DNA from: the human T2T-CHM13v2.0 reference genome, Homo sapiens
Direction: 5' to 3'
DNA: 64,000 bases
Assembly: GCA_009914755.4 (NCBI GenBank)
Contig: CP068257.2
Span: 29,856,001-29,920,000 of the forward strand
Below, one piece after another: positions 28,545 through 47,545 of the stretch (positions are counted from its first letter, which is position 1; each line of letters opens with the position of its first letter). The notes under the pieces are model-generated. The model had not been told where the DNA came from and did not search any database. It saw only the letters and a list, made by a program, of their open reading frames with translations. Position numbers and translations under genes: made by a program.

Positions 28545-28839
28545 TCAAAAGGAGTCTTCACTGGCTCCATCAGGACAGCAGAGTTGAACCACTCCCTAAG
28601 GAAGAGAATTCTCTAAGAGAAATTAACCCACAGTATTTGGTGTAACGTCCTCTTGCCTCATTAGAGCCACTGATTCCAAGCTTCCACCCTGCAAAACTCA
28701 ACACACTATTGGTGCTCACACAACTGGACTTACCCTAAAAAAAAAAAAAAAGAAGGAGAAGAAAAGATAGATAAAAATCAGAATAAAATTGAATAACAGG
28801 GCAGCACAGCACAAAATCCTTAGAAATATAATGAATTCA

Positions 28840-29242
<403 letters not shown>

Positions 29243-29324
29243 CTAAAGGCAGACCACACAAGTGTTCCCTGCTCCATCACACGATCTCAGGAGATCTGTG
29301 TAAAGAGCTTTAAAACAGACTGAG

Positions 29325-29446
29325 GGTCATGGCTCGTGCCTGTAATCCCAGCACTTTAGGAGGCCAGAACAGGAGAATCACTTGAGGCCAGGAGTTCAAG
29401 ACAGCCTGAGCAACATGACGAAACCCCGTCTCTGTAAATAAATAAA
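29325..29446 (+). mobile_element. Alu left-monomer fragment (3'-truncated, FLAM-like)
   Basis: gtcatggctcgtgcctgtaatcccagcactttaggaggccagaacaggagaatcacttgaggccaggagttcaagacagcctgagcaacatgacgaaaccccgtctctgtaaataaataaa. Confidence 0.8.
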
Positions 29447-30336
29447 TTGTTAAAACTTTAAAACGGTCCTATAATATAAAAATATTAATGGATGATACTA
29501 TTACTATGATTACTCATTGTGGAAGACTAAAACTGTCCCCAAAGTTATCCCCAGGCCCTAAAGAGGGAGGCAGAGGGAGAGTCCACGTAGATCTAAGAGA
29601 AGAAAACACACGCAGAAGAGGAAAAAGCTATGTGACCACAGCGGCAGAGATGGAGCAATACAGTCACAGGCCAAGGAATGCCGGTACCATGGTAGAATAT
29701 GAAACACCCAAATATGCCACTTTGGCTTAAGGAAAGTTTTGAATTAAAGACACTTAAACAACAGATGCAAGAAGGGCACTCTGACCTCCTTTTTCTTCCT
29801 GCAAGCCAGAAATAAAACCATGCAAAAGATGTCCTTCTTGTACCAGGAGGAAGGAAACTTTCTTATCAACAGAGATGGCGAGTCGAGGCCAAGAGAAATC
29901 TGTACAAACAAACCTTGTTAAACTAACCCTTATCTTCCTAGTCACTCCTCCATGATCAACTTCCTTAGCCCAAACCCCTCTGCCTAGCCACGTTTCCACA
30001 GTTTAATGCACTTGGTTCAAACAAGTATATGAGCTCTCAGCCCTCACCGCCCCTTCGAGTCTTCATTTTTCTCATGAACTTGTAAAAATAACTCAATAAA
30101 ATATGCATGCTTTTCTCCCGTTAATCTGTCTTTTGCTAGTCTAACATATAAGGCCTCAGCCAGAAATCCTAAGATGGGTAGAGGAAAAAGATCTCCCTCT
30201 CTCATACCAGAAGCTGGAGAGGCAAGGGTTCTCCCCTGGTGCCTTGGGTATGAGCATAGCCCTGCCAATTACAGTTGGGGCCAGTGGAACTCATTTGGGA
30301 CTTCTGGTCTCAGAACTTAAAAAGAATAAATGAGTG

Positions 30337-30652
<316 letters not shown>

Positions 30653-30987
30653 CTAAATGAGTGTTTTTTAAGCTACTGAATTTGTGGCTTAGGAAATGAA
30701 ATACCATCATCAGTCACTTCATCTTTTTCAACAATAATGCAGGCGAGCCAGTATCACCCCCACTGTAAGCACAGGAATGCTTACACTGGGAAGGTGGGGT
30801 GGCAGCTCACATCATGGAGATAGGACAAAGCCAGGTGCAAGCAATAGCAATCTGATCTTCCCAGCATGCCTGGCCGGCTCCAGTGAATCCACATGTTGCT
30901 TTCTGGCCTTTAGGGATAGCCTGGAAAACAATCACCCTGGTAACATTGTTTTTACAGAAAATGTAGTCTGGATTTCAAATAAAAGAC

Positions 30988-31597
<610 letters not shown>

Positions 31598-31602
31598 TAA
31601 AC

Positions 31603-32470
<868 letters not shown>

Positions 32471-33531
32471 ACTAGCAATAACTGTTTAAGAATAATAGGT
32501 TTTTGAGTGCGGTTTTACTTTTTCCTTTGAGTCCTAAATTTTCATTCATGAAATTTCTCTTAAAAAGAGAAAAGGCATTTGTGGTATAAACAGCAAAAGG
32601 AAAGAAATGTGCTGTCCTAAGGCAGGCCAACTCATTGAGGACCCACAGCTTCAGGGATTAATGGGATTCCTGTGGCAATGACCTTCCCCACTTCTGTAAT
32701 ATGAATGATCGCAAAGCGAAAATCCAATTCCCTCTCTGTGTTTATGAAAGCCATTCCTTTAGGACAGCTGAAGCAACAAAGCCAGTCAAAAGCACTTCCC
32801 AGCCGTGCGATTGGAGATTTATATTGCACATCAACATAAAGAAACATTATGTAACTTAAGCTGTGGGCCAGGAGGCGTGGGTCAGAAGCTGAATTCAAGA
32901 CATGCTTCGCCCTCCAATTCCCACCACTGGACCAATTAAAAACTCCCCAGGCTTCTGCTGCCTTTTCCGTAAGGTGAAAGAACACCTGCTTCATAAGGTA
33001 ACCGTAAATCCTGCAAAGAACCCATGCCTGGCAAATGTCAGGGGTTTAGACACAGCATGTGTGAAAGAACACAGCCTGCCACAGAGCAGGTGCTTAATAA
33101 ATGCCCAAGGCTTGCTTCCTTTCACTCCATCCATGCAGGCACTCAAAGCTTTATGCTTGCTTGTTCCTCAACTTCTGAAGAAGGAATAGATTGCCAGATT
33201 TACTCTTAATTGCCTCAACTCCGCCACCTTCTCTAAAAAGAAACCCTCATCCTAAAACTCTTAATGAGGTCGGCTTTCTATTTTATGGCCAGATAACTGG
33301 AAATGACCGGAGAGCTGGCAAAATGACAAGCTGGAAGGCTTCATTTAAATTAGAAAAAGGTTTCTAGAGTTTCTCTTCAAGATTATATTCTAGAGATCCA
33401 GAAAACCTAAGGTTCCAGCAGTCATTAGCTGCATGACCCTGGGCAAAGTACTTATCCTTAGAGCACTGATATTCACATCACAAATGATGTAAACCAGATA
33501 TACACAATTGAGTCTCTTAAAAAGTTAAAAG

Positions 33532-33800
33532 AGTGCACACCTGTAATCCCAGTGATTTGGTAGGTGGAGGCGGGAGGATCACATGAGGCTAGGAGTTGAA
33601 GACCAGCCTGGGTAATATAGCAATACCCCATCTCAACAAAAAATTTAAAAACTTAGCCAGTAGTGGTGGTGTGCACCTGTAGTCCCAGCTATTCAGGAAG
33701 CTGAGGTGGAAGGATTGCTTGAGCCCGGGAGTTCAAGGCTGTAGTGAGCCATGACTTGTACCACTGCATGCCAGCCTGGGCAACAGAGCAAGACCCTGCC
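33532..33800 (+). mobile_element. Alu SINE (older, J-class), 5'-truncated, (AC)n tail
   Basis: gagtgcacacctgtaatcccagtgatttggtaggtggaggcgggaggatcacatgaggctaggagttgaagaccagcctgggtaatatagcaatacc ... ccagcctgggcaacagagcaagaccctgcctc. Confidence 0.85.
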
Positions 33801-33807
33801 TCACACA

Positions 33808-33867
<60 letters not shown>
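33801..33867. repeat. (AC)n microsatellite, ~32 units, grown from Alu tail
   Basis: acacacaaacacacacacacacac...acacacacaa. Confidence 0.95.
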
Positions 33868-33869
<2 letters not shown>

Positions 33870-33895
33870 GTAAAGGACAGTAAGAACTCTAATAA

Positions 33896-34259
<364 letters not shown>

Positions 34260-34274
34260 GGCTCTTAATAATTC

Positions 34275-34661
<387 letters not shown>

Positions 34662-35678
34662 CTATTAAACATAATTGTTTATCGTCAGGGAGCCCTTGTT
34701 CCTGGGCTGGGCCTCAGGCTTCCCATCAGTAGTAAATGGGCCAAACCACCAGTTCTCTCAAAGGAGGCTTCTAACACGAATGTTCCACAACACTTGTAAG
34801 GCCCATCTGTCCAACCGAAGCAGTCCTTTATAAAGTTCTATCCAAATGGGATCACTGGCTATAACATATCAAGAATTGGAAATAGTGATGACCAGGAAGT
34901 TTCTTTTGATTTGACCAATTAAAACAACATTTTTTTCTCATATCTAACACTTATTCTCATATCTAACACTACCCCGTATTTCAATGTCATAGGTTTTTAA
35001 GCTACAACCACAAATTCTGTCGTTTAAATTTAGGAGCAATCACAATAATTCACCGACCAGCTATAAAATAAATTTTTAGCACATTCTCAATCATTCTCAA
35101 TAAACTGTCATCATTCACGGATTTCAACAGCACCCAATGCCATGTTTTTAAGCAGCAGTAACTCCTCTGCAAAGCAATATTTCTCTTTGCAACTTATCAC
35201 ACCTTACAAAAGATACCTGCAAAGAGAGGTAAATCAAACAAAACATGTAAGTTATGTTTATTTTCCCATTACAAACGGTATCAAAGTACAGAGCTACAGC
35301 ATCGAGACATAAAAAGGATGCCCTGAAATTTTACTGGGTGCAATTTTCACTAAATATAGCCTAATGAACTGAATAGTTCAATGCTTTTGCAGAAAAAGTC
35401 CTAAGCAGTGCAATTAAGAAAAATCTAAAACAACACAATGATTTTATATAAGCAGCAGAAATCTTCTTCCCAAATGAGAACAAGTCATATGCACCACTCA
35501 TTTAAGACTCTTCAAAATGCAGAAAGATGTCTGGATTTTGAAAGTGAGGAAGGAAGACTAATAGTTCAGGGCAGCAGCATGAAATAGCAAAAGCTCCCAG
35601 ACATCAGGGATACAGCCTGAAGCCTCTAGGCTCAACCTAGCTGTTTACTAATTGTGTGACTGTGGGCAAATCTCTTCA

Positions 35679-36068
<390 letters not shown>

Positions 36069-36071
36069 TCA

Positions 36072-36163
36072 CTCCAGCCTGGGTGACGAAGCCAGACCCC
36101 AACTCAAAAAAAAAAAATAGTGTACTCTGCCTGCTCTGCAGGGGTGATAATTACCAATGCTCA
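36072..36163 (+). repeat. Second copy of a ~95-bp local tandem duplication (Alu 3' end + A-tail + TSD + 35 bp of flank)
   Basis: ctccagcctgggtgacgaagccagaccccaactcaaaaaaaaaaatagtgtactctgcctgctctgcaggggtgataattaccaatgctca repeats 35977-36071 (ctccagcctgggtgacagagccagattccatctcaaaaa...atagtatgtactctgcctgctctgcaggcatgataattcccaatgctca). Confidence 0.85.
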
Positions 36164-36214
36164 GGTGAAAAAAAAGCTAAGACTCAGGATACACTTCCAA
36201 GACTAGTGTGTCAG

Positions 36215-36590
36215 GCCACTTTTGCATTGCTGTAAGGAAATACCTAAGGCTGGGTAATTTATATAGAAAAGAGGTTTAATTGGCTCATGGTTCTGCAGAT
36301 TGTACAAGAAGCACGGCTTCTGGGAAAGCCTCAGGGAGCTTTTACTCATGGTGCAAGGTGAAGTGGGGGTAGGAGTCTCACATGGCAGAGGAGGAGCAAG
36401 AGAGAGTAGAGGGAGGTGCCACACTTTACAACAGCCAGATCTTGCGAGAACTGGCTCACTATGGCAAGAACTGCACCAAGCCAAGAGGGATCCGCCCCCA
36501 CAACACAAACACCTCCCACCAGGCCCCTCCTCCAACACCGGGAGTTAATCTTAACAAGAGATTTGGAGGGGACATCCAACTATATTAGCT
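36215..36590 (-). mobile_element. MaLR solo LTR, MST/THE1-like
   Basis: ttttgcattgctgtaaggaaatacctaaggctgggtaatttatatagaaaagaggtttaattggctcatggttctgcagattgtacaagaagcacgg...cagatcttgcgagaactggctcactatggcaagaactgcaccaag...cacctcccaccaggcccctcctccaacaccggg...gatttggaggggacatccaac. Confidence 0.6.
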
Positions 36591-36949
36591 AGTGAATCCC
36601 AGAACCTGGACTCAAAAGTATATTCTCTTGCTAGATGGCAAAAAGCATTTGCTGGTGAAGGGTTTGATCCTGAGAGCTTTGAAATAGAAAAATGGAAAAT
36701 CTAATGGGAAATCAGGAGGAATAATCAGAGTTTACTCTCTCTCTGCCAAGCTTATAAGCAAAAGAGCTGAAGTGTATTGAACACTATGCCCAAGAGTTTT
36801 ATATCCATTTTATCATGCAATGCTCCTTTAGCTAGATAATTACAGCAAAAACTTACATAGCATTTAGTGTGTGCCTTGTACCATTCCAAACTTCTATCAT
36901 GTGATTCATCTGCTCTTCCCAACATCTCAGGGAGGCAGACACATCCTTG

Positions 36950-37645
<696 letters not shown>

Positions 37646-37654
37646 AGGAATCAT

Positions 37655-37790
37655 CATTTTATAGACAAGGCACTTGAGGCACAGAGCCAAGTGACTTCCC
37701 CAAAGTCACACTGCTAGCAGGGCCAGAATTCAAACCCAGGCAGTCTGGCACCAGAGTCCATGCTATTAACCCCTGTACCAGGGACTCTTA
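37655..37790 (-). mobile_element. MIR SINE fragment
   Basis: attttatagacaaggcacttgaggcacagagccaagtgacttccccaaagtcacactgctagcagggccagaattcaaacccaggcagtctggcaccagagtcc. Confidence 0.6.
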
Positions 37791-37830
37791 TTATATGAAG
37801 AAATAAAATGAGAGGGTGACACATTAATTA

Positions 37831-38142
<312 letters not shown>

Positions 38143-38782
38143 TTATCTCATCCAAGTGAGCACAACTTGCTTTGAACCTGGTCTGCAGTTCTCCCTGTCT
38201 GGGCACTCACCACCATGCTGTGTGTTCAGGCCTGGCAGGCAGGGGTGCCACCCCCATAGCAGCACTGAGCCCTGGGGCAGATGAGTAAGCAAACAGGATG
38301 AGATCTGGGTCTTCACAGCAGGAGACTGAAGAGGGAAGGATAAGAAACAAGTGACCAGGGAAGATGGAAGGCAGCGGGAAGCAAGCAGCAAAACTAAAAG
38401 AGGTCAAAGGCTCCACTGACTGTTTCTGCTGACTTTGATGAGTGCATGCACGGCGGAAACTTCTGGAAACTTCTGGTTTCCGTAACTATTTTATCTATGC
38501 TCAGGGGCTCCATGAGCTGAGTTCATTTAGCAAATTAATGACCTTCTAAGCCTTTTAAGTCATTCTGAACAGAAAAAGAATTGCTCAGCAAATCACTTGG
38601 AGAGGAAATCTCATGAGGAAACTCCCTTTTTTTCTAAGACGATATGACAATGCTTTCCCACGACAATGCAGACCCTGCATGGCCACAGGTGGGAATCGTG
38701 ATAGTAAGCCTGGGGTCACATATCTCATCATGTACTTTACCTTCATCATATATCTATGGGAATCTCAAAAGCTGTATTCTCT

Positions 38783-39089
38783 TTTTTTGTTGTTTGTTTG
38801 TTTGTTTGTGACAGAGTCTCCCTATGTCACCCAGGCTGGAGTAGAGGGGCATGATCTCAGCTCACTAAAACCTCCGCCTCCCAGGTTCGTGCGATTTTCC
38901 TGCCTCAACCTCCCAAGTAGCTGGGACTACAGGCACGCACCACCATGCCAAGCTAATTTTGGTATTTTTAGTAGAGACGGGGTTTTGCCATGTTGACCAG
39001 GCTGGTCTCGAACTCCTGACCTCAGGTGATCCACCTGCCTCAGACTCCCAAAGTGCTGGGATTACAGGCGTGAGCCACCACGCCTGGCC
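38783..39089 (-). mobile_element. Alu SINE (S-class) with (TTTG)n tail; ~19-bp TSD aaaagctgtatWctcttt
   Basis: tttttttgttgtttgtttgtttgtttgtgacagagtctccctatgtcacccaggctggagtagaggggcatgatctcagctcactaaaacc ... gtgagccaccacgcctggcc. Confidence 0.95.
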
Positions 39090-40317
39090 AAAAGCTGTAT
39101 ACTCTTTCCTGATCTTCCATCAAGCTTCCAAAGACTTCCAAAGATATCCGGGCCACACACTGTGGAACAGACACCGGAGAAACTGGGCTCCAACACAGAG
39201 ACTAGATTTAACTCCTGCTTGGCAACAGCTGGAGCCTAGAAGCTCTGCACACCAATACAGAGCCTGCAAAACTCTCCATGCCTCCTGCCTCTGTTAACCC
39301 AGCTTCCTCCCCCTGTCTTAAGCTGAAACTCCTCCGTGGGACTTACTCATGCTGACACACAAGCATTTTCTAAATAGAAAATTTTGGTAGAGAATGAGTA
39401 GGGTAAACTCAGGTTATCAGAATCTTAGAGGAGGCCCAGAGACACAAAAAGACCACATTTAGGTGCCTCTCAACTTTGCAGGAAAGTTCTAAAAATAGAG
39501 GGCCTGATTTCAAGTGGAAGTGATTTTAAACTACAATCTATTATTTAAATAGCAAACACGTTGAGTATCTAAAAGATCAAGACAAAGATGAGTGAGACAT
39601 TCGAAGAGCATGGGGACCTAGCACACATTTTTGCCAGCTCTCCATCTGCCCTGATGGATTACTAAATTCACAGCTGACTCTCCAGTTTTAACCATTTTCT
39701 TCTGATTGGGTGTTAAGACATTCCCAGAGGGAAGGGATGGAGCTAAAATCACCCATCTATCAGCCACCTGCCCCACCCCATTCCACCCTGTCACTTATCA
39801 CAAAATCCTAAAATACAGATATGATCTTAAAGGCCACCAGTCCCAACCCAATGCTTAGAATCTCCTCAGTGTGTCCCAGTCTCCACTCACCTGGGCCACT
39901 TGTGGTCAACAGTCTCTCAATGTTGATCACATTGAGTCCCCTGATCAAGCCCATCACTACCCTTCAGAAACAGATTTGCTCCCAAGGAAATGTCTTGCTT
40001 CTCCCTACACAAACAGGAACAGAGTGGGAGCACCATGTGTGTTAATTCCAACAGGATGCTAGACTGTTGTTGATACAAGTGTTACAGTGTTAATATAGCT
40101 GAGATGGGAAGCCCTAAACTAGTGATTCTAGGCTTTCCAGCGTACAAGATTGATGAGACTTCAGTGTTTAAACAACATTCACTGACAGAGAGAAAGAGAT
40201 AACTAGGGAGATTAAGGGAGCAGGGAGGGGGGATGCCGATCAATGAAAATATTTCTTCCAGGGAAGAGGCAGCACTATCAATGCACTAAGTATGTGACCT
40301 CTATTTAAAATACTTCC

Positions 40318-40610
40318 CAAAGCCAGGCACAGTGGCTCATCCCTATACTCCCAGCACTTTGGGAGGCCAAGGCAGGAAGATTGCTTGAGGCCAGGAGTCC
40401 AAGACCAGCCTGAGCAACATACCAAGACCCTGTCTCTACAAAAAATTTGAAAATTAGCTGGGCATAGTGGTGCATCTAGCTACTCAGTCCTAGCTACTCA
40501 GGAGGCGGAGGCAGGAAGCTCCCTGAGCACAAGAGATGGAGGCTGCAGTGAGCTAGGATCGCGCCTCCATACTCCAGCCTGGGCAACAGAAATAAAAATT
40601 AAAATAAATA
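40318..40610 (+). mobile_element. Alu SINE (old, J-class, ~15-20% diverged)
   Basis: aaagccaggcacagtggctcatccctatactcccagcactttgggaggccaaggcaggaagattgcttgaggccaggagtccaagacc ... actccagcctgggcaacagaaataaaaattaaaataaata. Confidence 0.85.
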
Positions 40611-41308
<698 letters not shown>

Positions 41309-42639
41309 GAAATGTCTTTTTATTCTTTCAAACAGATACTTGAGTCCAATGGGGAAAGGTGGAAAAAAAAAGTCACAAAACCTGTCCTCAAAAAGCCCTC
41401 CATCCTATTAGGTTGGGGAGAGAAAATTAATGCAGATAAAACAATTAGAAAACAATAACTAATGTAATTATGGGTTGTTACTACTGTAACAATTACTAGT
41501 GTAATTTTGAGTTCCAAGCATAAGATTTCAGAAACGAGGAGTATGTTCCCTTCAGTAGCTCTTGAATACCTTGAGTAAACAGAGAAGGAAGCAGGAAACC
41601 AAACATTCTCTTCTTTATCTCTTCAATGTATCTTCTTTATCAGCAAATGGATTTCCTTTCAGGGAGTTTAAGACCTTGTGGGTCAGGGCTACCTGCCCAG
41701 TTCAGGCCAGAAGGAAACAAAGGAAATAAATTAGGTCACCCATCCAGCATTGCTCCTTCCCAAATACCTGCTCCTCAAATGCAGAGAGCAACTGTCATTG
41801 CAAGACAGCTGTGCAGACATGTGTTTATAAACTTAAAGTCCATGAACTCCAACCTGGTATCATCTCTCCTCTTTTAACTCCAGAGAAAATTCACCTCATG
41901 CCCCCTTCCTCTCGAGGGAAGGTCCGCAGAGACAATGTAAGATGTTCTCACCAGGGAAGATTCCACCTTGCTTGGCCTCCTGTCAGTTTCTGTCATCTCC
42001 GCGGAAGTGTCATGGACATTACAGCATTCTCTTGTTGCCACCTTTGCTGGAGCCAGGACCTAGCACTGCTTTTGCGACCCCCCTGCAAATGTTTATTTCT
42101 ACTAACACGTTGGAAGGCAAGAAGACAACCTGGCATTCACACAACCATATGAGGAAACTCAAGGAGGAACTTAACTCCTTTCTTAGAGCCTGATGTCACC
42201 ACTATTCTCCCAGTTCCAGGCTACCGTCAATGCCATCTCCCAGGGCAACCTCATCTGGGAAGGTCTCCTCTGAATTCATACTGAAAAGGTTTTGAAGATG
42301 ACCTCCACATATTTCAAGAATAGCTATCATCGATCTACCTGAAAGTTTGCTGCCAAGCAAAGTTATCTCTACACAACATTTCTTTAACCCTCTCACCACC
42401 ACTTTTTAGACAAGGCAATTGAGGCTGAGACATTCAGCAACTTGGCCAAGAGGCCTGAACACTGTCCAGAGGCCTGAACAGTGATGGAATTCCAAAAATC
42501 CCAAAATCCCCAAATGCCTGCTCTTCACCGTCAATGCTATTCTGTCTCCCTTCACAACAGTGTAGCTTTTCAGTCTGGCAAATGGAAACCAGCTCAACGT
42601 ACTAAAGCATATTTGTGTGGCTATGAAACTCCTAGAGGA

Positions 42640-42960
42640 AGCAGAGCCACGAAGATGAATGGAGATCTACAAATAAAACTGTGGGGCACCCCAGTGCCCG
42701 ACTGTATGAGCCCCCCTGGTGGGCACACACCTGGACGCCTCCTGGTGGAAGCAAGGCGCCTTCTGATCCACACTGAGCCATCAGCTGTCCCCACCAGCTG
42801 GTCAGCCGCACTTCGCATCCCCAGAACCAACCTCCAAGACCCCGGACCCCTGGCCTGGAAATGTAAGTGGGCAGGCAATGTTTCTGGAAGACACTCTCCT
42901 ATCTGTTCACTCGTATACCCAAGCCTTATAATCCCCAGAATACAGTAGGATTGGCTTCAT
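42640..42960. mobile_element. Possible ERV-derived LTR fragment (unclassified), ends near aataaa signal
   Basis: ...ctgtggggcaccccagtgcccgactgtatgagcccccctggtgggcacacacctggacgcc...ccactgagccatcagctgtccccaccagctggtcagccgcacttcgcatcc...cattcctgagtaataaatttag; moderately CpG-retaining; assignment by architecture only. Confidence 0.2.
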
Positions 42961-43897
42961 TCCTGAGTAATAAATTTAGAGGTTAAAAAAAAATGATTCC
43001 TAGTATCAAGAACAAGAAACAGGACTGAACAGTCCTGGCTCCAAGTCAATCACAGCGCCACTGACTTACGCCCCACAGAGTAGCAACCATGGCTAATTTC
43101 TCTCCAGATGGCGGCTTGTACTTTTCCAAGCAGAATCTCATCTCCCCAAGCCTTGCCTCACCTTTCTACAGCTCTTTGTGTTTTCCCAACGTCCTCTCTG
43201 TGCACAGAGGGCTTTGCAACACCTCCAAATTTACTGCCACCCACAGATTTAATTAGCAGACTGTTTACTCCCCCCTTCTCTGATTGGAATATCTTAAGTA
43301 AAACCAGGCCTCCACTGAGCCCGTGGGTACTCCACCCTGGGCCTCTGTCCAATCGGCTCCCCAGTGAAAAACAGTGTTTGCTCAGCTCCAACTGTAGGGT
43401 TGGCCCCGGTCCAAGGCAGGTCTATGCTGTGAGCCAGCCACCGGTGCCACACAAGGGCCGCAACCCCTGGGGGCTGCCTAGTGAGAGGAGACTGTATGGA
43501 AGGAAGGGCAGAGGTGACCAAATAAAAAGAAACAAAACGACACCCTGGTAAGCAAGGCATTAGTAGTAAAAGTTAGGGTACAGAGACAAACTGGCTAAAC
43601 ACATATTTCTCTTGACTTCTCCATGTGATCGCTATAGTGAAAGAAAAAAGAAGAGGAAGAAACAGTAGCCTACATTATAGAAGGGAATGAGATGGTGAAA
43701 GAAATGGAAAAAGGAGGATCAAAGAGGACCCAGAGAAGAAAGGAGGGCAGGAGAGAAGGGAAGGGAATAATCTGCTTTTTTTTACTCACCATTAAGTAAA
43801 CTAATTAAAAACCACTAAACTGAATATCCATTTTACATTCAACTATACAGGAGTTAAAAAAAAAAAAAAAGATGCCTCCTTGGGAGAAACAAAATCA

Positions 43898-44254
<357 letters not shown>

Positions 44255-44855
44255 CTACAGTTCACTCTCCTACAGAGCCATTTAATGATGCAAGGACTGA
44301 CATGCTATCTCTGGCTGTGGAGTAAGAGTGGAGGAGATTACACAGAAGCACCTCCTTGGTCCAACTAAAACTAGGCACAGCCTTGGCTGCACACACCAAA
44401 ACAGCCCAGTGCTGATGGTAATTACACACATGACCAACCAACACACAAAATCTCTTCTTGATAGGCTGAGCCTCCCCCTCCGATGCTATGCTGCTTGCTT
44501 TTATGTCCTTCATTAATTTTTCCTAAACTATTTTAAGGTTTTATGACTACTCTTACTTCTTTATTCTTAGACTTTTAAAGGGGAGTCAAGCAATTAAATA
44601 CACAGAGCTATTGTTACTCACAATAGGCACTGATATAATGTCTACCTCATCTTTTAAATGTGCCTACATTAATTTTGCTGCAGAGAAAATTCCTATCTTT
44701 CCAATATGCTAGTGATGAAAATTCATTTTTGGAAACCACTTAGCCTTGTACTTTTTAATCTCCCCGCACTCTAGCTTCAAACACGCTTTGTGGGGTGAAG
44801 GGGCCCATTAAAATTAAGAAATTCCTGAAATAAGAGAAATTTCCCCATCCTATCC

Positions 44856-45047
44856 AGCATGGGCAACGTGGCCAAATCCCATCTCTACAAAAAATTAGCC
44901 CGTGTGGTGGCGCATGCCTGCAGTCCCAGCTGCTCAGGACGGGGAGGTAAAAGGATCCTTGTGTCCTGTAGGTCGAGGCCACAGTGAGTTGTGGTTACAC
45001 CACTACACTCCAGCCTGGGCAACAAAGAGAAAAAAATAAATAAATAT
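44856..45047 (+). mobile_element. Alu 3' two-thirds fragment (5'-truncated ~95 nt), diverged
   Basis: cagcatgggcaacgtggccaaatcccatctctacaaaaaattagcccgtgtggtggcgcatgcctgcagtcccagctgctcagg ... cactacactccagcctgggcaacaaagagaaaaaaataaataaata. Confidence 0.8.
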
Positions 45048-45097
45048 ACCTACCCTAGCAGGTTATCCCAGCAAGATAGGTGGACAGCCTTTCTCTA

Positions 45098-45460
<363 letters not shown>

Positions 45461-45568
45461 TTAAAAGTTAAAAGGTTAAACAGAATTTCATAACCTATTT
45501 TATTCAACCAGGTATATCACGGATACTATCATTTCAACATATAATCAACACAAAAAATTATTCACGTG

Positions 45569-45849
45569 GCTGGGTGTAGTGGCTCACACCTGTCATCCCA
45601 GCACTTAGGAAGGCCAACCCAGGAGGCTCACTTGAGGTCGGGAGTTCAAGACAAGCCCACTTACAAAAATTATTTTTAATTAGCCAGGGGTGGTGGTACA
45701 CACCTGTAGTCTCAGCTACCAGGGAGGCTGAGGTGGCAGGATCACTTAAGCCCAGAAGTTCGAGGCTGCACGAGCTGTGTTCATGCCACTGCTCTCCGGC
45801 CTGGGTGACAGAGCAAGACCCTGTCTCTAAAAAAATAAAATAAAAAATT
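45569..45849 (+). mobile_element. Alu SINE (old J-class, several indels); TSD aaaaaattattMa
   Basis: ggctgggtgtagtggctcacacctgtcatcccagcacttaggaaggccaacccaggaggctcacttgaggtcgggagttcaagacaagcc ... ccctgtctctaaaaaaataaaataaaaaatta. Confidence 0.85.
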
Positions 45850-46500
45850 ATTACTGAGATAGCAAACATTCTTCTCCTTCTTCCTGTGTCTTTGAAATCT
45901 GGTTTGTAGTTTATGCTGACAGTACTTCCCAATTCAGACTAGCCACATGTCAACATAGTGGGCAGTACAGCTACAGACCCTCTGATGGAAATGTGCGGAC
46001 AGGAGGGAATAGGGTTAGATAAAGAAGTACCTAAGCACGAGGGATTCGGGATCTCTTAAGTGCTCAATTACAGGATGTGCTTAGCTTTCCTTTCACACAG
46101 CCCCTCCAAAGGACACACATGCCCTGTGGTCTTTCGGAAATACCCGCCTGGCATCCAGAGAATCTCTCTAGGGCTCTGAGTTGCAGTTCCAAAACCTCAC
46201 CCACTCCATATAATGGAAAACACAATGAAGAGAAAGCGAGTACCTCCAAGGTACAAAAACCACGCTAGGCGCTGACACTAAGCATATTCAAACTCACCAT
46301 TAACATCTAAGCCTAACATGCTGGCCAGGAGACATTGTCTTCTATGGATCTCCATGCCTTATTAAAAAGTCATTAAATCCAGTGCCTACATCGAGAACAA
46401 CCAGACTTAACAACAGGAAACTGAGCTCCCTGGCCTAATGGCCTGTCTTGTTCTAAGTTCCAGGACAAACCAAAGAAGCACTTAAGAATCCAAAATCAAC

Positions 46501-46776
46501 TGGGTTCATGCCTGTAATCCCAGCACTTTGGGAGGCCGAGGTGGGTGGATCACCCAAGGTCAGGAGTTCAAGACCAGCCTGGCCAACATAGTGAAACCCA
46601 TCTCTTTTAAAAATACAAAAATTAGCTGGGCATGGTGGTGTGTATCTGTAATCCCAGCTACTCGGGAAGCTGAGATAGAAGAATTGTTGAACCCGGGAGG
46701 CAGAGGTTGCAGTGAGTCGAGATCACGCCATTGTACTCCAGCCTGGGCAACAGAGCAAGACTCTCTCTCAAAAAAA
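46501..46776 (+). mobile_element. Alu SINE, 5'-truncated ~12 nt; 13-bp TSD gaatccaaaatca
   Basis: tgggttcatgcctgtaatcccagcactttgggaggccgaggtgggtggatcacccaagg ... gactctctctcaaaaaaa. Confidence 0.9.
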
Positions 46777-46935
46777 GAATCCAAAATCAGCACTTAAGAA
46801 TCTTAATTTCTACCTGCCTGGTCAAAACCACTGCCCATCACTGAATCTTGACCGCCCCCAAAATCCTAAAAGAGTAATCATTGTGAGCATTTGACATATT
46901 TTCTCAGTATCTTTGTTGTCATAAAATTAATCCAG

Positions 46936-47196
46936 GGCCAGGCATGGTGCAAACACTTTGGGAGACCAAGCTGGGAGGATTACTGAGCCCAGGAGTTCGA
47001 GAACAGCTTGGGCAACATGACGAAACCCCATCTCTACAAAAAATTAGGCAGGTGTGGTGGCACCAGCCCTGGCTACTTGGGAAGCTGAGGTGAGAGGATC
47101 ACCTGAACCCAGGAGGTCAAAGCTGCAGTGAGCCATGACTGTGCCACTGCACTCCAGCCTGGGTGACAGAGGAAGACCCTGTCTCAAAAAAAAAAA
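46936..47196 (+). mobile_element. Alu SINE (old, with ~25-nt 5' internal deletion)
   Basis: gggccaggcatggtgcaaacactttgggagaccaagctgggaggattactgagcccaggagttcgagaacagcttgggcaacatgacgaaacc ... ccctgtctcaaaaaaaaaaa. Confidence 0.85.

Positions 47197-47545
<349 letters not shown>

Noticed and set aside
42481-43560. 155-aa and 147-aa ORFs (42481-42948, 43108-43551)
   Set aside because: They lie in LTR-like, CpG-retaining sequence with an AATAAA signal. There is no similarity to known proteins that I can recognise and no splice signals. Most likely non-coding ERV-derived sequence.
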